The notes beneath the pieces are model-generated. The model did no database searches. It was not told the origin of the DNA and saw nothing but the letters and a program-made list of their open reading frames with translations. A stretch of 64,000 nt of DNA. Source: Psammoneis japonica. Lineage: Eukaryota. The stretch spans positions 264,608-328,607 of the forward strand of contig QPGO01000047.1 of the NCBI GenBank assembly GCA_008632985.1, read 5' to 3'. Every line of letters starts with the position of its first letter. Within the stretch, counting starts at the first letter, position 1. Positions 47,725 through 60,945 of the stretch are shown piece by piece. A program made the translations under genes and the position numbers.

Positions 47725-50700
47725 ACTCGCTGGAAGCAGCAGCGTCGACATATCGAGGACATGACTAATGTTACCTTTCACGAAAGGCAAGCGTCATTCT
47801 TCAACTCTTTCGACTCATCTCATCCTGTGACTTGCCTTGTTGGGCTCGAAGAAGCTTGAAGGTAGACGCAATTGATAGCTAGATGGTACTTGACGAAGAT
47901 TCCGGGTGATGTACTTGTAGGCCATTCGAAGCTTCCGATTGAATGCCGCAAGTTGCTTGTCGTAGATTTCAGCCGGCGTGTTGTTACAACGAGGACAGTT
48001 AGATATCCAGGCTCGCTACATGTGGCAGCTTTGCGTCATGGGCTTGGGGCGGTGGCAGTGAATGCAAGCGCTTGAAGGAATTACAGCGACGGGCATATCT
48101 TGGAGAGCACGCTCGGGTCGACTACATGCAACGCACAACCACTATCACATAAAATCGCGATGGATCAGCCGTCAGAGCTTAGAGAGTCGCATCGAGCTGT
48201 GCGAGGGAGCGTTTGCCAGCCATTTTTAAATTCCTTCGGGAACACGTGAAGTGGAGCAACCAAAGTGATTCATGGACGCATCAGTTGAGTAGAAGCATCG
48301 TCTGTTACTGGGACTTGACGAAGGTTGTAGGTTGATGCATCTTGCCTTATCGATCCGACTGAGCGCAGAGACACACCTGTTGCGTAGGAGTTTCGTCTGT
48401 TACTGGGACGTGATTAAGACGGAAGGTAGATGCACGTTGCGTGGCATGTTTCAAACCCGAGTGACTCGAATGACAGATACATGGAGGAGCTTGAGGAAAC
48501 TCGTATCGACCTGACTCAATACATTGTCTTCTTGCAAGCGACTTTAAGTTCCATAGAGCAATAACAATGAAAGCTCAATGTCACTATCCAGAGCAACTGT
48601 AAATGCGAGCGTCAGCGTGGCTTCTCAATAACGTGTATCTCCATTCGTATCATCTGTCAAAAAAGAAATCAGAATCTGAAAAAGAGTGTGAGTTATGAAG
48701 CATAACTCAGCGAGTAGATCAATACGAACGAACGATACAAACAGATCTTCAAACGCTGTGGGACGTGGAGAATATAGCTGATATAACGGGCCGGCGACCC
48801 ATAGGAGTATTAAACCTACGGGGGTACAGATATGAGATGCTCAATGAGCAACTCAAGCGGTCTGAACCACCTTTCAACCTTCACGAAAAAGGCTGCCCTT
48901 CGGGGTATCAAGCACACCGTCTTAGTCCACGACGTCTGCAGGCGTTCAGCGTGCATTCAAAAAAAGAAAGCAGGGGCTGGCCCTCACATGGTTCCTGCTT
49001 AAACAACCGTTGCACTAAAAAGTGCGTTGGTTGGCACCGGGTTACTGCCGTATTGGACGTTTACAAGCATTCAGCGCACACGCAAGAAGCGAGTTTGCTG
49101 CAATCGTGGTGTATCTCCGTCGGAACCACGGACTACTTTGACAGGCAATCGTCATTTCGTCTCGAACCGACTTCCAAAGATATACGCAATCAAACGCACA
49201 GAGGAAAACCGTCAAGGACCCAAGCCTTCAGGTCTACATGGTAATCGTGTGCGGACGACATTCAATGACTTAACTCCAGCAGATCTAATTCGCAACGAGA
49301 ACGAGACGATCGACTCACCTATAGCAGAGTTATGATGCAACCATGGCAATAAAGACGACGATGTGTTTCAAAAGGTCGAATGGCAATTTTTGTGTGCTTT
49401 GTGCAACAATGAGCAAAGTGATGATTCGGATTTCACTGTCCCCCGGCCGTTTCAAAATTTTTGAAAATGTGGCGGGAAAACCAACGGGTTTTTCACTATC
49501 ACTTTTTGTGTAGGCTGCGAACCCTAATGACGTCGGCCAACTTCGTCACAGCACGAGCTCCGAACTCCAAGATTTCCTTCCCTCCGCCAAACACACTGAT
49601 GATGCCAACCATACACCGGTACAACAACACAATATCAACAATAAACAACGTTGTGTCCAAGAGCAAAGGGAGCAATGCGGAATATTGGAACCACAAACAA
49701 GCACCATATACACCAATAAAGGGCTAACTTGAGTGCTGATACTACAGTATTCAAAAGTGGCAGCATGACCATGCCCTTTGTCGATAGGTACGATTGATGA
49801 CGAAACCACACTCGTTGACCTTGCGTCTCGATTCGAGTCGACTCCGCTTGTTCTCGTGATGGCTGTGGCATCCTTTGGTGGACCCGAAAGCAAGGCTCTC
49901 CTTGTGGATATACTCTTGCTCAGAAAAAGACTACGACAATCGTTCTACTTTCTGTGGTCCCAGTAGAACAGATGACTTTTTCTCGTTGGAATCATCTGAC
50001 ACACTTGAGGAACGCTCGTTTGATGAAGTAGCCCTGTACTGCGGATGCAAATGAATGTTTTCAACGGATGGGTGGTGTCAAGCTCACGTACAGAGCCTGC
50101 AGTGGACGTCTACTTCGATCCACATTACTTCCTGCCAATCTGAGTTCAATCATAATAAAGCAGTATCATGCCGTCCGCTACCAGATTTCTCTGATGAGAA
50201 TTACGCGGCAAACACCTCGAAAGGGAATATTGGGTTTTTACACGAACGGTGCTGAACAAGCTTTCCCGTCTGGGCGTCACCATGATGGTGCACACTGTAC
50301 AGGAACGGACAACACTGCCAATTCTTTCCTACGTAACATGAGCACAACAAGCATTGCACGCAACTCTCATACTGGACACATAAGAATGGTTTGTCTTATA
50401 CCTGTTATGGCTTCTCTGTGGCATTTTATCCAATTAAAAGGAAAGCTTCTTTGGATTCTGAGCTCACTCGAGAGAGCCATTTTTATTGGCTGTAGATCTG
50501 ACGGTATTTTCAATGTCATTAAAGGATCTCCACCACGGTTCACCTACAACTAATGGCTAGATGGAGAAGGTGCTTTCGACAGGCTTCGCGTTTTTTGGAG
50601 TAGACGTTGCGGTCCGCTCATACGAGCAATGTTCTCTTTAACGACCATGCAAGCTGTGTTCGTGGTGACTGAGGGATGTACATGTAAGAGGTTGGGGCTG

Positions 50701-50951
50701 AGTGGGCCGATAGAGTCTAGAGTTAAACATTGTCGACGACAGAATTTGGCCATTTTGTAATCTGGAAATCTTGCTACCGATGCATCCACACCATCAGCTG
50801 GTGATGCTCCTTCTCATCCATCTTTTGGGGAAACGCTGAAGACCAAAAACCACGTACACCTAAAGTCTTCGAGGAGAGACGCCGCACAGAGTTATCGTAA
50901 ACCAAGCGTACGGCGAGGCTATTCAGCAAACAATATACGAGGACTTCTACA

Positions 50952-51821
50952 ATGGCATCGTGTCCCAACTGCTACGAAATCTTTGTCCAATGCTGCGGGG
51001 AGGAGCAACGGTTTATGCTCGCTCGTGAACTGCATCTTCGAGCGGTCAAGGGACGACAATCACTGCGAGACAATGGGTTAGATCCTTTACTCGTGGCTGT
51101 TATATGTGTGGAACAGAGCAAGACGTCCACGCTATGCTGATGCCAGAGAAGACGTCTTGGCGATTGGGGAAGCCAATCCGCGAGGGCTAACATTGCTGGC
51201 GACAGGCTGTGTCTATGGGCGTGAGTCTGCTGTTCGTGGGCTCTTATTACGGGGCGCCACCCAGCGCATAAACGCCCACGATGCTGGAGGGTACACGCCA
51301 TTACAATATGCCATGCTAGGTGGGAACGAGAAAATGACTCAATTGTTGCTGGAGCATGGAGCCGAGATTGGAATCAAAAGCTTGCCTCCAGAACCGGACA
51401 CAGCCATCCACATGGCAGCTCGCTATACGAGAATCGAGTAAATGTTTTGAACGAGCTTCTCAAATTCAATCCGGAGGCGGTTGAAATGACAGATCAGAAT
51501 GGCTGGACTCCTTTGATGGTTGCGTCTTTCAATGAAAACGTCGAGGGAGCTCGGGTTCTCTTGCAGCACGGCGCCAGACTGGCTTACGAGCGCGTCTGCA
51601 TTTCCCATGACCTTGCTGTGTTGTCAGGAAACCAGGCACTGATTCTTCTGTTTCTCGAATTTCACGCGAAGGATCTCTTGCAAGAGCACAATGTGCACCC
51701 TTGTGTATGGGCACACGTGCTCGAATGCATTGGCCAGAACGCAGACGCTTCGAATCACAACGTTCTTTACTCGGTTCTCAACGAATTGCCTCATCTATTC
51801 GAAAATCAAGACGAGGCGTAA
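50952..51821 (+). pseudogene. Ankyrin-repeat gene, frameshifted
   Basis: GYTPLQYA...LLLEHGAEI, DTAIHMAA, NGWTPLMVAS...LLQHGA. Removing one TA of TATA at 51424-51427 joins the two ORFs. The 5' part is uncertain. Confidence 0.85.
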
Positions 51822-51890
51822 ATTCATTTGGGGGGGCACTTCAAGGGGGCTTGTTTTCTTCTGACACCATCAGATATGTTCGAGGTACAA

Positions 51891-52194
51891 TAGTTTATCT
51901 AAACGAACTTCTAATTTGTATCATCTTGATGAATGAACTGTAGAAGGATTAGGAGCAGCAACTGGTATTTTTTAGAATCAAATCTAGTCAGCTAATGAAT
52001 GGGAATGCAGTACGAGCGACAATATCGTACCCATGATTCGACTAGACTAGTTTATCTAAACGAATATCTAATTTGTATCAGATTGATGAATGAACTGTAG
52101 AAGGATTAGGAGCGGTATCCGGCATTCGTCAGAATCAAATCTAGTCAGCTAATAAATGGGAATGCAGTACGAGCGATACCATCGTACCCATGAT
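51891..52194. repeat. Tandem duplication, about 157-bp unit x2
   Basis: tagtttatctaaacgaa...atcgtacccatgat at 51891 and 52048. Confidence 0.92.
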
Positions 52195-52871
52195 GCAAGG
52201 TATTAATTCTTCTGTGAAAAAGAAGTCGTCAATATAGAATGCGACAGATTAGCATGATACGTACTCTCAGAGGCTACCGATAGAGATGTTCTACAGAGTA
52301 TTGCTCTTAAGCGACTTTGACAACACGCAACATGTATCCTAATTTACAATTTACGAGTATGCTAATGCTCGTCGAGTCAAGCATCCTTAGCTTACAATGT
52401 TAATTTAATATCGATATGAAGAATACTGCTGAATTGATGCAAATCTCTAGAAAGCCAGAGGATCATCCAGAAGAACACAGCACAACGATTTTCGATTTTA
52501 CGTTCTGTCGACAGGTGACCAGTTGCTTCCCTTAATGCAATGCAGATTTATAATAAGCCATCATTCCCAAACTTGACCAATGCTTTCATCGAATACTTGT
52601 ACGACCATCGATCGGCTCTGCTCTGTGACCTCATGTTGTGCTCGCAGTTCTGAGTTTTTGATTTTTGGCGCGCAAAATCTATGTACGTGGGTGTCACGTG
52701 GTTGTGCAGTAAGTAGAATCAACGAGAGTTTACTACCACGTACAAAGTCTCCGTAGAACCTACGACAATCCGATCTTTCAGCACGGCGCACCCAAAAAAG
52801 TGCTCTTCTCACAAAGCTCTCACAATCTGCAGAAAGAGCAAGAACGCAACACACCCCAAGTTTTTTTCACC

Positions 52872-53447
52872 ATGACCGCCACTACCGCCACCGAGAACGC
52901 CACCGTCAAGGCCACTGACAACGCTCCTCCCAAGGACACCGTCGCTGCTACCGAGAACAAGGTTGACGAGTCCACCAAGACGAGCACGTCGGGTCAAGAA
53001 TCTTCCGAGACGAAGCAGTCCGACACCGTGGATGCTGTGGCCGACAAGACCAAGACCATGACGGTCGATACTGCCGCCGCCAAGGCAAAGGAAGACGCTG
53101 ATTCGTCTACCAAGAAGCGTGGTTCTCCCACGGCTCAGCCCGAAGGCCATCCCGAGGCGAAAAAGGTCAACACGACCGACGTAGAACCCGGTACCGAGTC
53201 TACGGAAAAGCCCGCGGCCGCGGAACCTTCCGCCGAGGAAACCAAGAAGGACGACGACGACGAGTCTCCCAAGGACGCTCCTACCAACGAGACGTCTGCC
53301 AAGGAGGATGCTCCTGCCGCCGAGACTCCCAAGGATGCGTCTGCCGCCGAGACTACGGAAGACTCGAAGGATACCGACGACAAGCCCAAGGAGCCCGCCG
53401 CCGCGGAAGAAGCCAAGCCCGTGGAAAAAGACTCCAAGACCGAGTAG
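52872..53447 (+). CDS. Acidic, Ala/Thr/Lys/Glu-rich intrinsically disordered protein (191 aa)
   Basis: Open frame with strong C/G-ending codon bias, CACC-ATG context and an NLS-like KKRGSP...AKK. Confidence 0.8.
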   Translation: MTATTATENATVKATDNAPPKDTVAATENKVDESTKTSTSGQESSETKQSDTVDAVADKTKTMTVDTAAAKAKEDADSSTKKRGSPTAQPEGHPEAKKVNTTDVEPGTESTEKPAAAEPSAEETKKDDDDESPKDAPTNETSAKEDAPAAETPKDASAAETTEDSKDTDDKPKEPAAAEEAKPVEKDSKTE

Positions 53448-54192
53448 ACAACACGTCTCTTTCTCTTTACCATCGTACACAAGACGACTCTCTCTTTATG
53501 GTATGGCCTTCAAGCCTTCTTTACGCAAGAGTAGTACCGTTCTTCGATTGTGATGTATATATGTTTCAAGATAATCACCGACTGTGTCTGCAATTGCACT
53601 GCGGAACATACATGATATGTTTCGCCGGTGTTGCATACTATTGTAGCAATAACCAATACCCTGTATAGCACTTGCATTTTCGAGTGAACTTATCAAACTT
53701 ATTATTGTATTGTAGCGTTGTATGCTCGAGTCCGTCGTCGTCATATCTGTAGTACACTTAATGATGATTCGTTTTCGCTGAATATCTTTGTAAGAACACG
53801 CAACGGTGTGCTTATCTTTACTTTCACTAGATCTTATGAAAGTGTCAATTGTTATTATATTGTAGCGTTATGGTCGAGTCATGATAAGCCTATGAGCCGC
53901 CGCCTCTCACCTTACGCTTCGATTCTGTTATCGGACGTTTTTTTATCCGCCCCACCTACCCGCCCTCATCACACAGAGAGCAGCGATGACTCCCTTTCAA
54001 TCCATAAGAACAAGCGACGCTGCGACGTGAGCTTACTACTACTTTTCCATACTACGTCCTTATGATCGCTATGCTCTTACTGGCGCGACAACACACGCTC
54101 ACACCGCGCAACTCTACCTCAAAGAAAACACAATGCGCTTCTATTTCGCTAGACTCGAGTTTGAATGCTACTCTAGTTCTTTTAATCAAAAC

Positions 54193-55920
54193 TTAGTATT
54201 CCAAACTGGCTGGTAATGATTTGCGTTGCTTGGTATTATCGACCCATCCACGAGCACGGTTTCGAATCATCAAGTCGTTGCGTCCCACGTGACGAGAGGC
54301 GTCACATTCACGACAGGGCGCGGCACTCCATTCGATACCGCCATCCACATCGACACTAAATCGCAGCGAAAAATTGGAATGACTGGACGGCCACCACTTT
54401 TCCAGAGCCGTGTATTCGGCTTGGGTCAAGATCTCTACCACCACCTTGTTTTCGCGATCCAACAACTCGCCGTGTGATAATTCTGAATGATTTCGTTGTT
54501 GTTGCTGTTGTGGCTGATTAGGATGCGCAGCTGGAGCGGCTTGATGTATGCCACCACTGGCAACTTGTTGTTCTTCCAAACTCATCATGGCCATACGTTG
54601 CGTCGCCACTTCAGATGCCGTCATTCCGCTTGCGTACAGAGAACTCATCATGTCGTGGTCCACCGCTCCTACTACTGCCGCTGTAGTACCACGGCGTTGT
54701 TGCTGCTCATGCTCTTCTGGTATGGGATTCAGTCCCACCACTGCTGGTAGTGATGCGACGGCTGGAGTACTCGTACTGATGATTCAACTGTATTGCTGCT
54801 ACCATTGTGCAAACTATTACAGCTTGACAATAACACGTTGGTTTCTCCTCGAAGAAAGGATTCCAAATGTGGAGGAATCAAGGGGTATCGATGAGCGTCA
54901 CACAGTAGTGCTGTCGCGTTGGGAGCACAGGGTTCTTGCCCACCCTGCTTCATGTAGCGTCTCCACGAATGACACCACGCTCTTGGCAACACGTGGTACA
55001 ACCCGGTTGAAGAGGACACCGCGATGCGGATGGTTTGGTATCGCTGTTGCTGCTGCTGCTGTCTTGAACAACAAGACTCGATACAGGCACACCACGGCTT
55101 CGTGTGTAAATACCTCGAGTCAAGGACAGCTAGTGGTTCTCGTCGTGTTGCTTTTAGCTTTTCCGCCTTGTCCAAGTCGTTGCGGCGTTGCGTTTCTTGT
55201 TCGACACAACACAGCAACACTCACCCTCGGCAAGCTCCAACTGTGTTGAATCGGGATAGAGCTTCTTGAGAACCTTCCAAGCTTGCTTGTCTAGTACCTT
55301 GCGTCGAGACCGGACCGCCTTGGAATTGGCTTTTTGTAAATTGGAATGCGGACACATAATGTCAATGTTGACATTTTGCCACGGCGGCGACGCGTCCGAC
55401 AGACGTCTCTTTCGAATGCGCAACTGCTTTTTGGAGAGTTTCTTTTTTGTAGTAGAACTGCGAGAAGAAGAACAAGCTTGTTCTTGCTCTTGCTGTTGCA
55501 CCTCGAGCCACCGCAGCGCTGTTTTGCACCAAGACTTGGACACGTAGTACCCACCATGTTTGGGTTCAGGACGATTCAACACTCGAGCCACCACGAGCAA
55601 TTCCATATTTCGTAGTGCTTGATACGTCATTAGCTCGTTTTCTTCGTTATTTTCATTCTTCATGAATCCCCTCGTCAGTTCCGGGGGATAGACATAATGG
55701 GCCGTATGATGGACAATGGCATGAGTGAGGTTGGGATCGGCAAAAAAGCGACAAACGAGTTGTACCGAACTCAAATCGTAAGCGCGGAGATAGGTGAGGA
55801 TATTGACATGCAATCCAACGGTAGGTCTCGAATAAGAAAGCATGTCGATGGTTGGGAGGATATGAGCGAAGGATCCATGGTGGATTTGGATAGAGTTGAT
55901 AAAGATGATGATGACTTCAT
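54193..55920 (-). CDS. F-box-like plus DUSP-like (USP48-type) domain protein, frameshifted in this sequence
   Basis: DLP|LHVNILTYLRAYDLSSVQLVCRFF, YYVSKSWC...NVNIDIMCPH...AWKVLKKLYP, YHVLPRAWCHSWRRY...LLCDAH, and EYTALEKWW...PCREC. Three overlapping ORFs joined by shifts. Confidence 0.7.
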
Positions 55921-57303
55921 AGTTATTTTCGTGGAATGTTGAGTAAGAAGTAAGTTGAATAGCAAAAATGGAATAACGGTGTATGAGAATCTTGAATACG
56001 AATTCGCAGAGATTCGTATTTGTAAATAGCAGGTTGAATAACGAATCAGGGCAAGATTCCTGAAATCGATGAATCTCGACTTGTGTAGCACTTGAAGAGA
56101 CTCTGAACTAATGATTAAAGCAGACCAAACACAAATATGTCGTTCAGTCAAACTCTGAAACACTATGGCTTGCTCAGAGAGTCGATAAGGGTGATAGAGA
56201 GCGCAAAAGGATGCTGACTTTGTCAACAGACAGCAGAATTTGTGAGCGAGAATCGGAACATTCGCACACGTCTGCGTTTGGTGAACGATCCGATCGATCA
56301 AATCTTGGATGCGTGACGTGTCTTACCTACGAATTAGTACGGAATCTTCGTATGTACAATTGGTATCTTTCCACGTAGAAGTGTCAAGATACCACCGACA
56401 AAAGATTCAACCGACGCAACATGCCGTTTCAGTTTCACTATCACGAAAAGAGAACATTCGAACTATTTTGAAATTCTGACATCCACGCAGGCACATCGCA
56501 ACTCTCATCGCACAGTGCACAGTGCGATTCGCACATTGACGATGGCGTTCGGAGCCCTCGTCGCCACACCATGATGAAGCGAGTTGGCCTTTGGGTGTTG
56601 TGTGGCTTGCACAGAGAAGCAACATGCAACAGCGCCGCTACAGCAGTTTACATGGCAATCTCTCGAAATTGAGAGCTCCGCCGTTGCAAGTACCTCCAGG
56701 ACGAGGACCATCATGACGACACCGAGGAGTTGTTGGCGGAAAAGCCACTGTCGTATGTCAGTCGGATCCATTCCAGACTACGGCATGTGGAGTCACTTAC
56801 AGTGATCATGATTTTGTCGAGCTACTACGTTGGAAGTCCTCAAGCACTTTCTGTTTCCAACTCGTCATCCTACTCCATGGCAGTCATGAGCTCTTCCTCA
56901 TTCCATCCTTATTTGGCTCGACTAAGGTTCCTTTCCAGCGGCCAAGCACGTTTCATTCTTCAAGTCGCTCCCTTGATATTGTGGCTCTTCGTCGCAAAAA
57001 AGTCTTGGAGATTGTCTTGTTGGGTTTACCAAGACAAACGCACCCCATAGGAGTCGGCTCCAATGGCCGAATTTTGGGCGAACCTCATTCCATCTCCTTC
57101 GTGCGTGTCATGTCGTCACTAAATAACTGATTCGACGCTCAAGAAGCAGCTTTAATACAGCTTATGGACGTGATGCTTCGTGAGCCGTGATGCTTGATGC
57201 AAGCTACCGGTATCCCCAGGTTTGTCAACCAGTGAGGCTGCCGTCCATCCTTTCACTTGCTACTATATGGTTTTTGCTGTGGTTTCGTCATTTCACGCTG
57301 CTG

Positions 57304-57827
57304 GCAAAAACGACCGTCATCACACAAATCTCAGTGTGCCTTAAGTGAGTGGCCTACCGCACAGTTACCGTCTCTCGCGCTTCATACATTTTCATACATG
57401 CCTCTAATGAACAACTGTATCATCGAATCGCGGCACGTAACATCTCAACTGTTTTCTTCCACCTTGTTCCCTTACAGATATGAAAATTGAATAAGATTAA
57501 CGGTTCCGGTTTTGAGTGAAGCGACATGGATAATAAAGCGGAATTGACATCAAATGAGGTAACGCTCTCTCGGGATGGGTCAATTCCAAAACAGACACGA
57601 CGGCTTCTGTTACCTACATGCGACAGAGAATACAAGCGTGCATATTTCCTGCAAGACCTGCATAGTCATTGGCCCATGACAATGCATGACTAGCCCCAAG
57701 CTTCAAGACGTGTACGCAAGAGTCGCTCTTGTGTCCACAACACAGTATTTGCGTCATAGCGATAGACAATCACGTGTCCTTGCATCTGACTATGGCATGA
57801 GCTCCTACAGTCAAAACTCGGCCGTGG
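57304..57827 (-). pseudogene. Diverged partial duplicate of 60597-61333 (3' part of the FG-GAP-like gene) with an internal deletion
   Basis: Colinear by eye. Lacks 60961-61222, with the junction at an ACGC microhomology. Confidence 0.85.
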
Positions 57828-59779
57828 TTTTTCCTTCGGGAGCTTGGGAGTAGATGCCCAAACATTCTCAACTTTCAAAGCGTCATGCTGTACAAGGAAA
57901 GGCGGCTCGGATCGTCATTGGGTAGTCGCATACATCCTCAGACCTTTTGCATTTTCACGTAGTATCTGAAGTGCTAGAAAGTTGTTCTTTGTAGATACGG
58001 CCTACGACTTACACATGCATTGGTGGAGCGATGGACACTGCCAAGCATGCGAACTATGATAGAGATAGATATATTTGATTTGTATTTAAGTAGGACACCC
58101 ATTGCATCTAACAACTAACGAACTCGGAACTTACACACACTGCATCTAACAACTAACCCAATTCACCGTATGATTTGGATCGGGACACAAGGAACGTCCC
58201 CGACGCTTGACATCTTGCTCACCCGCACTCGCACCCAGATTAAAAGCTCCTCCACGAGTTTTGAACTCTCGTCCACCAATGTTCTGGATACAAAACTATT
58301 TTGGCGTCCGAAACGGCATGCATCGTCTCGCATTTTTCATACAGAGCACGAGCCTGAGTTTGAACAAGTGTGACAAAGCTGTTTGTAGATTCTCGAATTG
58401 TCGTCATCATACATTCTTTCCAAATGCGAGCCTGAATTCGTGCATTTGTGACAAAGGTCTTCAAGGAGTCATGGATGATTTGGTGCAAGCTTGAAGCGGT
58501 TTCACGAACAGTCTTGGTCTTCAAAGAATCATGGAGAAGTGGTCTCACTGGTGAAATTTGACAAAACCTTGCAAGGGTCGGAGAATGTCAGGATGGCCAT
58601 CATTGCGGTGGGCGTGTGCTCTCGAAGGATTTTTTGAAAACGGCTGGACAAATCATTTTCGTGCTCGATGGACAAGTCAAAGGAGGACTGGCAGACAGAG
58701 CTCGAGGCTTTCAGAGGCTTCATCTGGCATGTCGTCTGCAGGCGTGCAGTTTTGAGTGGCATTGTGAAGAAAGGTGGAGTCGCAGTCCTTGTGGTCAAAA
58801 GACACACAATGGATGCTCGACCTGATTTGAGCTTCAATGGGCATGCTTGCAGGCGTGGTCTTGTGCAGGATGTTCTGGAGGCAGACAAAGGAGTCGTCAT
58901 GGCTTTCAATCAACGCAAATGATGTGGTTGCAGCCAAAGCAATGCGAGGCATGTCTTGACTTGCTTTGCAGCAATCGACACCTGTTGCACTGCCACATCA
59001 AAGATGGCCAAAAGCGGACCAGCAAAGGGACCAGTGGCGCAAACATCGTGGTTGTAGCCAGAGCAATGCGAAGCATGTCTCTTGGCTTGCTTTTGCAGCA
59101 ATCGACACACCTTGTGCCATCGTGTCAAAGACGGCCGACAGTGGGCTGGCAAAGAGACCAGTGCTCATGGCACCAGCAGCAATGCCAAGGCAGATGATGG
59201 CAAGATTCTTCATGAAGGCAATCATGGTGATGACTTTGCTGTGCTGCTTTCCTTGTCAAAGAAAAGATTGTGAGAGAATCGACAGCAGAAACTGGGGCAT
59301 CCATCGAGAGGAAGCATCAACGTCAAGTGCCAGACACGCAGATTTCTGTGTGAAACACACCAAAAACACATCTCCCCCAGCACATTGATTGTGTCGCCAG
59401 AGAGAGGCAAAGATGGTGTTGTCACCTTTTGCAACATTCAACACTGGGCTGGATGTGATGTGTGGCTCTCCTGAAAAGAACCGGGGCTGCAGAACAACGG
59501 TGGGTTTTGGCTTTTTTTCTCAGCCAATGTTGTGATGAGGTCTGAGGGAGATTTCAAAGTGATGGCGATTTAGCTCATGCTTTCTTCGGCCATGCAATGA
59601 GATGCAAGAGATCACATTCCACCACACGTTTGTTTGCTTTTAAATCAATTGACATTTTTGCTCGAATCACAATGCTGCCCCTGTGACTGCCGCACTTCTT
59701 TCATTTCCCTGCAGTCATGAACACGACCATTCTATTTGTCATTTCTGCATCCTTTTGTGCAAACAACACAGGTGCTTCT

Positions 59780-60206
59780 CGGCATGAGATTTTGGGACTG
59801 AAGGACAGACAATGTGACAGACATTCGAGTCCCTGACACGGACGCGAAGTCATGCCTGTCCAAAACACCAGAAGAAGTCCTGGCAAGCCACGAACGTGAG
59901 AAAAAGCGCAAGCATCTCAAGCCCTGCCTTGAACAACACCCTCATTTCACGCCATTCGCAGTGTCATGCGATGGACTGTTCGGCAAGGAAGCCAAGGCGA
60001 TGCTCCGCAAGATGGCGTCGAAACTGTCAGACAAGTGGCAAAAGCCATGCTCTGAAGCATGCGGCCATGTCAATGCGAGGATGAGCATCACCATGGTTCG
60101 GGCAACCCACCGTTGCCTCTGGGGATCCCGCGTTCCCGCCTCTCAGATCAGCTCCAAGCGACCCCAGTGGGAAGATGGCACAGGTCTGTCCCTTTACAAA
60201 CACTAA
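59780..60206 (+). mobile_element. 3' end of a non-LTR retrotransposon ORF, restriction-like endonuclease (CRE-like)
   Basis: FW...DIRVPDTDAKS(C)...EREKKRK(H)L..CLEQ..HFTPFAVSCDGLFGKEA...KW.KP(C)S...RMSI..VRATH.CL.GSR. Confidence 0.85.
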
Positions 60207-60945
60207 AGGACCCCCGATTCAATCGACCTCCGCCTACCCGGACAGTGTGCCAACCGACTATCCACAGTGACTACTGACACTGCGCCTAGAAGACAACAAA
60301 AACCCGCCATCATGTTGGACACGGCGCCAAAATCAACTCGAATTTCGCGCGCACAGCCTACGACAATTGCGCGCGACAACTACCCCCTATCGTACGACTA
60401 CATTAACTATATAATCCACTTTTCCCTGCGTAATAGACCCTAAAACATTGAGCTACTAGTAGAGATGATATCAAAGCAAAACCAAGTTTACAAATCATCG
60501 CCAACCGCTACATCAAATATGGCATCATCGTGTACCGGTAGAAATCGTGGAATGACGAGTCAACCGACGAATGACCTAACTACTCTCACACTACTTGCAA
60601 AAACGACCTCGGTCGCACAAAACTCAATACAACTCAAGTGAGTGGCCTGCTACACAGTTACCCTCTCTCGCGCTTCATACATGTTCATACTGGCCTCTAA
60701 CAATTAACTGTATCCTCGAATCGCGACACACAACATAGGAACTTTTTTTCTTCCCCCCTTTTCCTTTACAGATATGCAAATTGAACAAGACCAACGGACC
60801 CGGTTTCGCGTGAAACGATGGGTCAATTCCATGACAGATACGACGGCTTCTGTAACCTACACGCGACAGAGAAGACAAACGTACATATTTCTTGTAAGAG
60901 CTGCACAGTCATTGGCCTATGACAATGCACGACCAGCCCCAAGCT

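Noticed and set aside
52809..53482. Minus-strand 223-aa and 115-aa ORFs
   Set aside because: Antisense shadows of the codon-biased acidic protein gene.
58103..58157. 17-bp direct repeat tgcatctaacaactaac considered as the TSD of the non-LTR element
   Set aside because: Both copies lie on the same side of the element.
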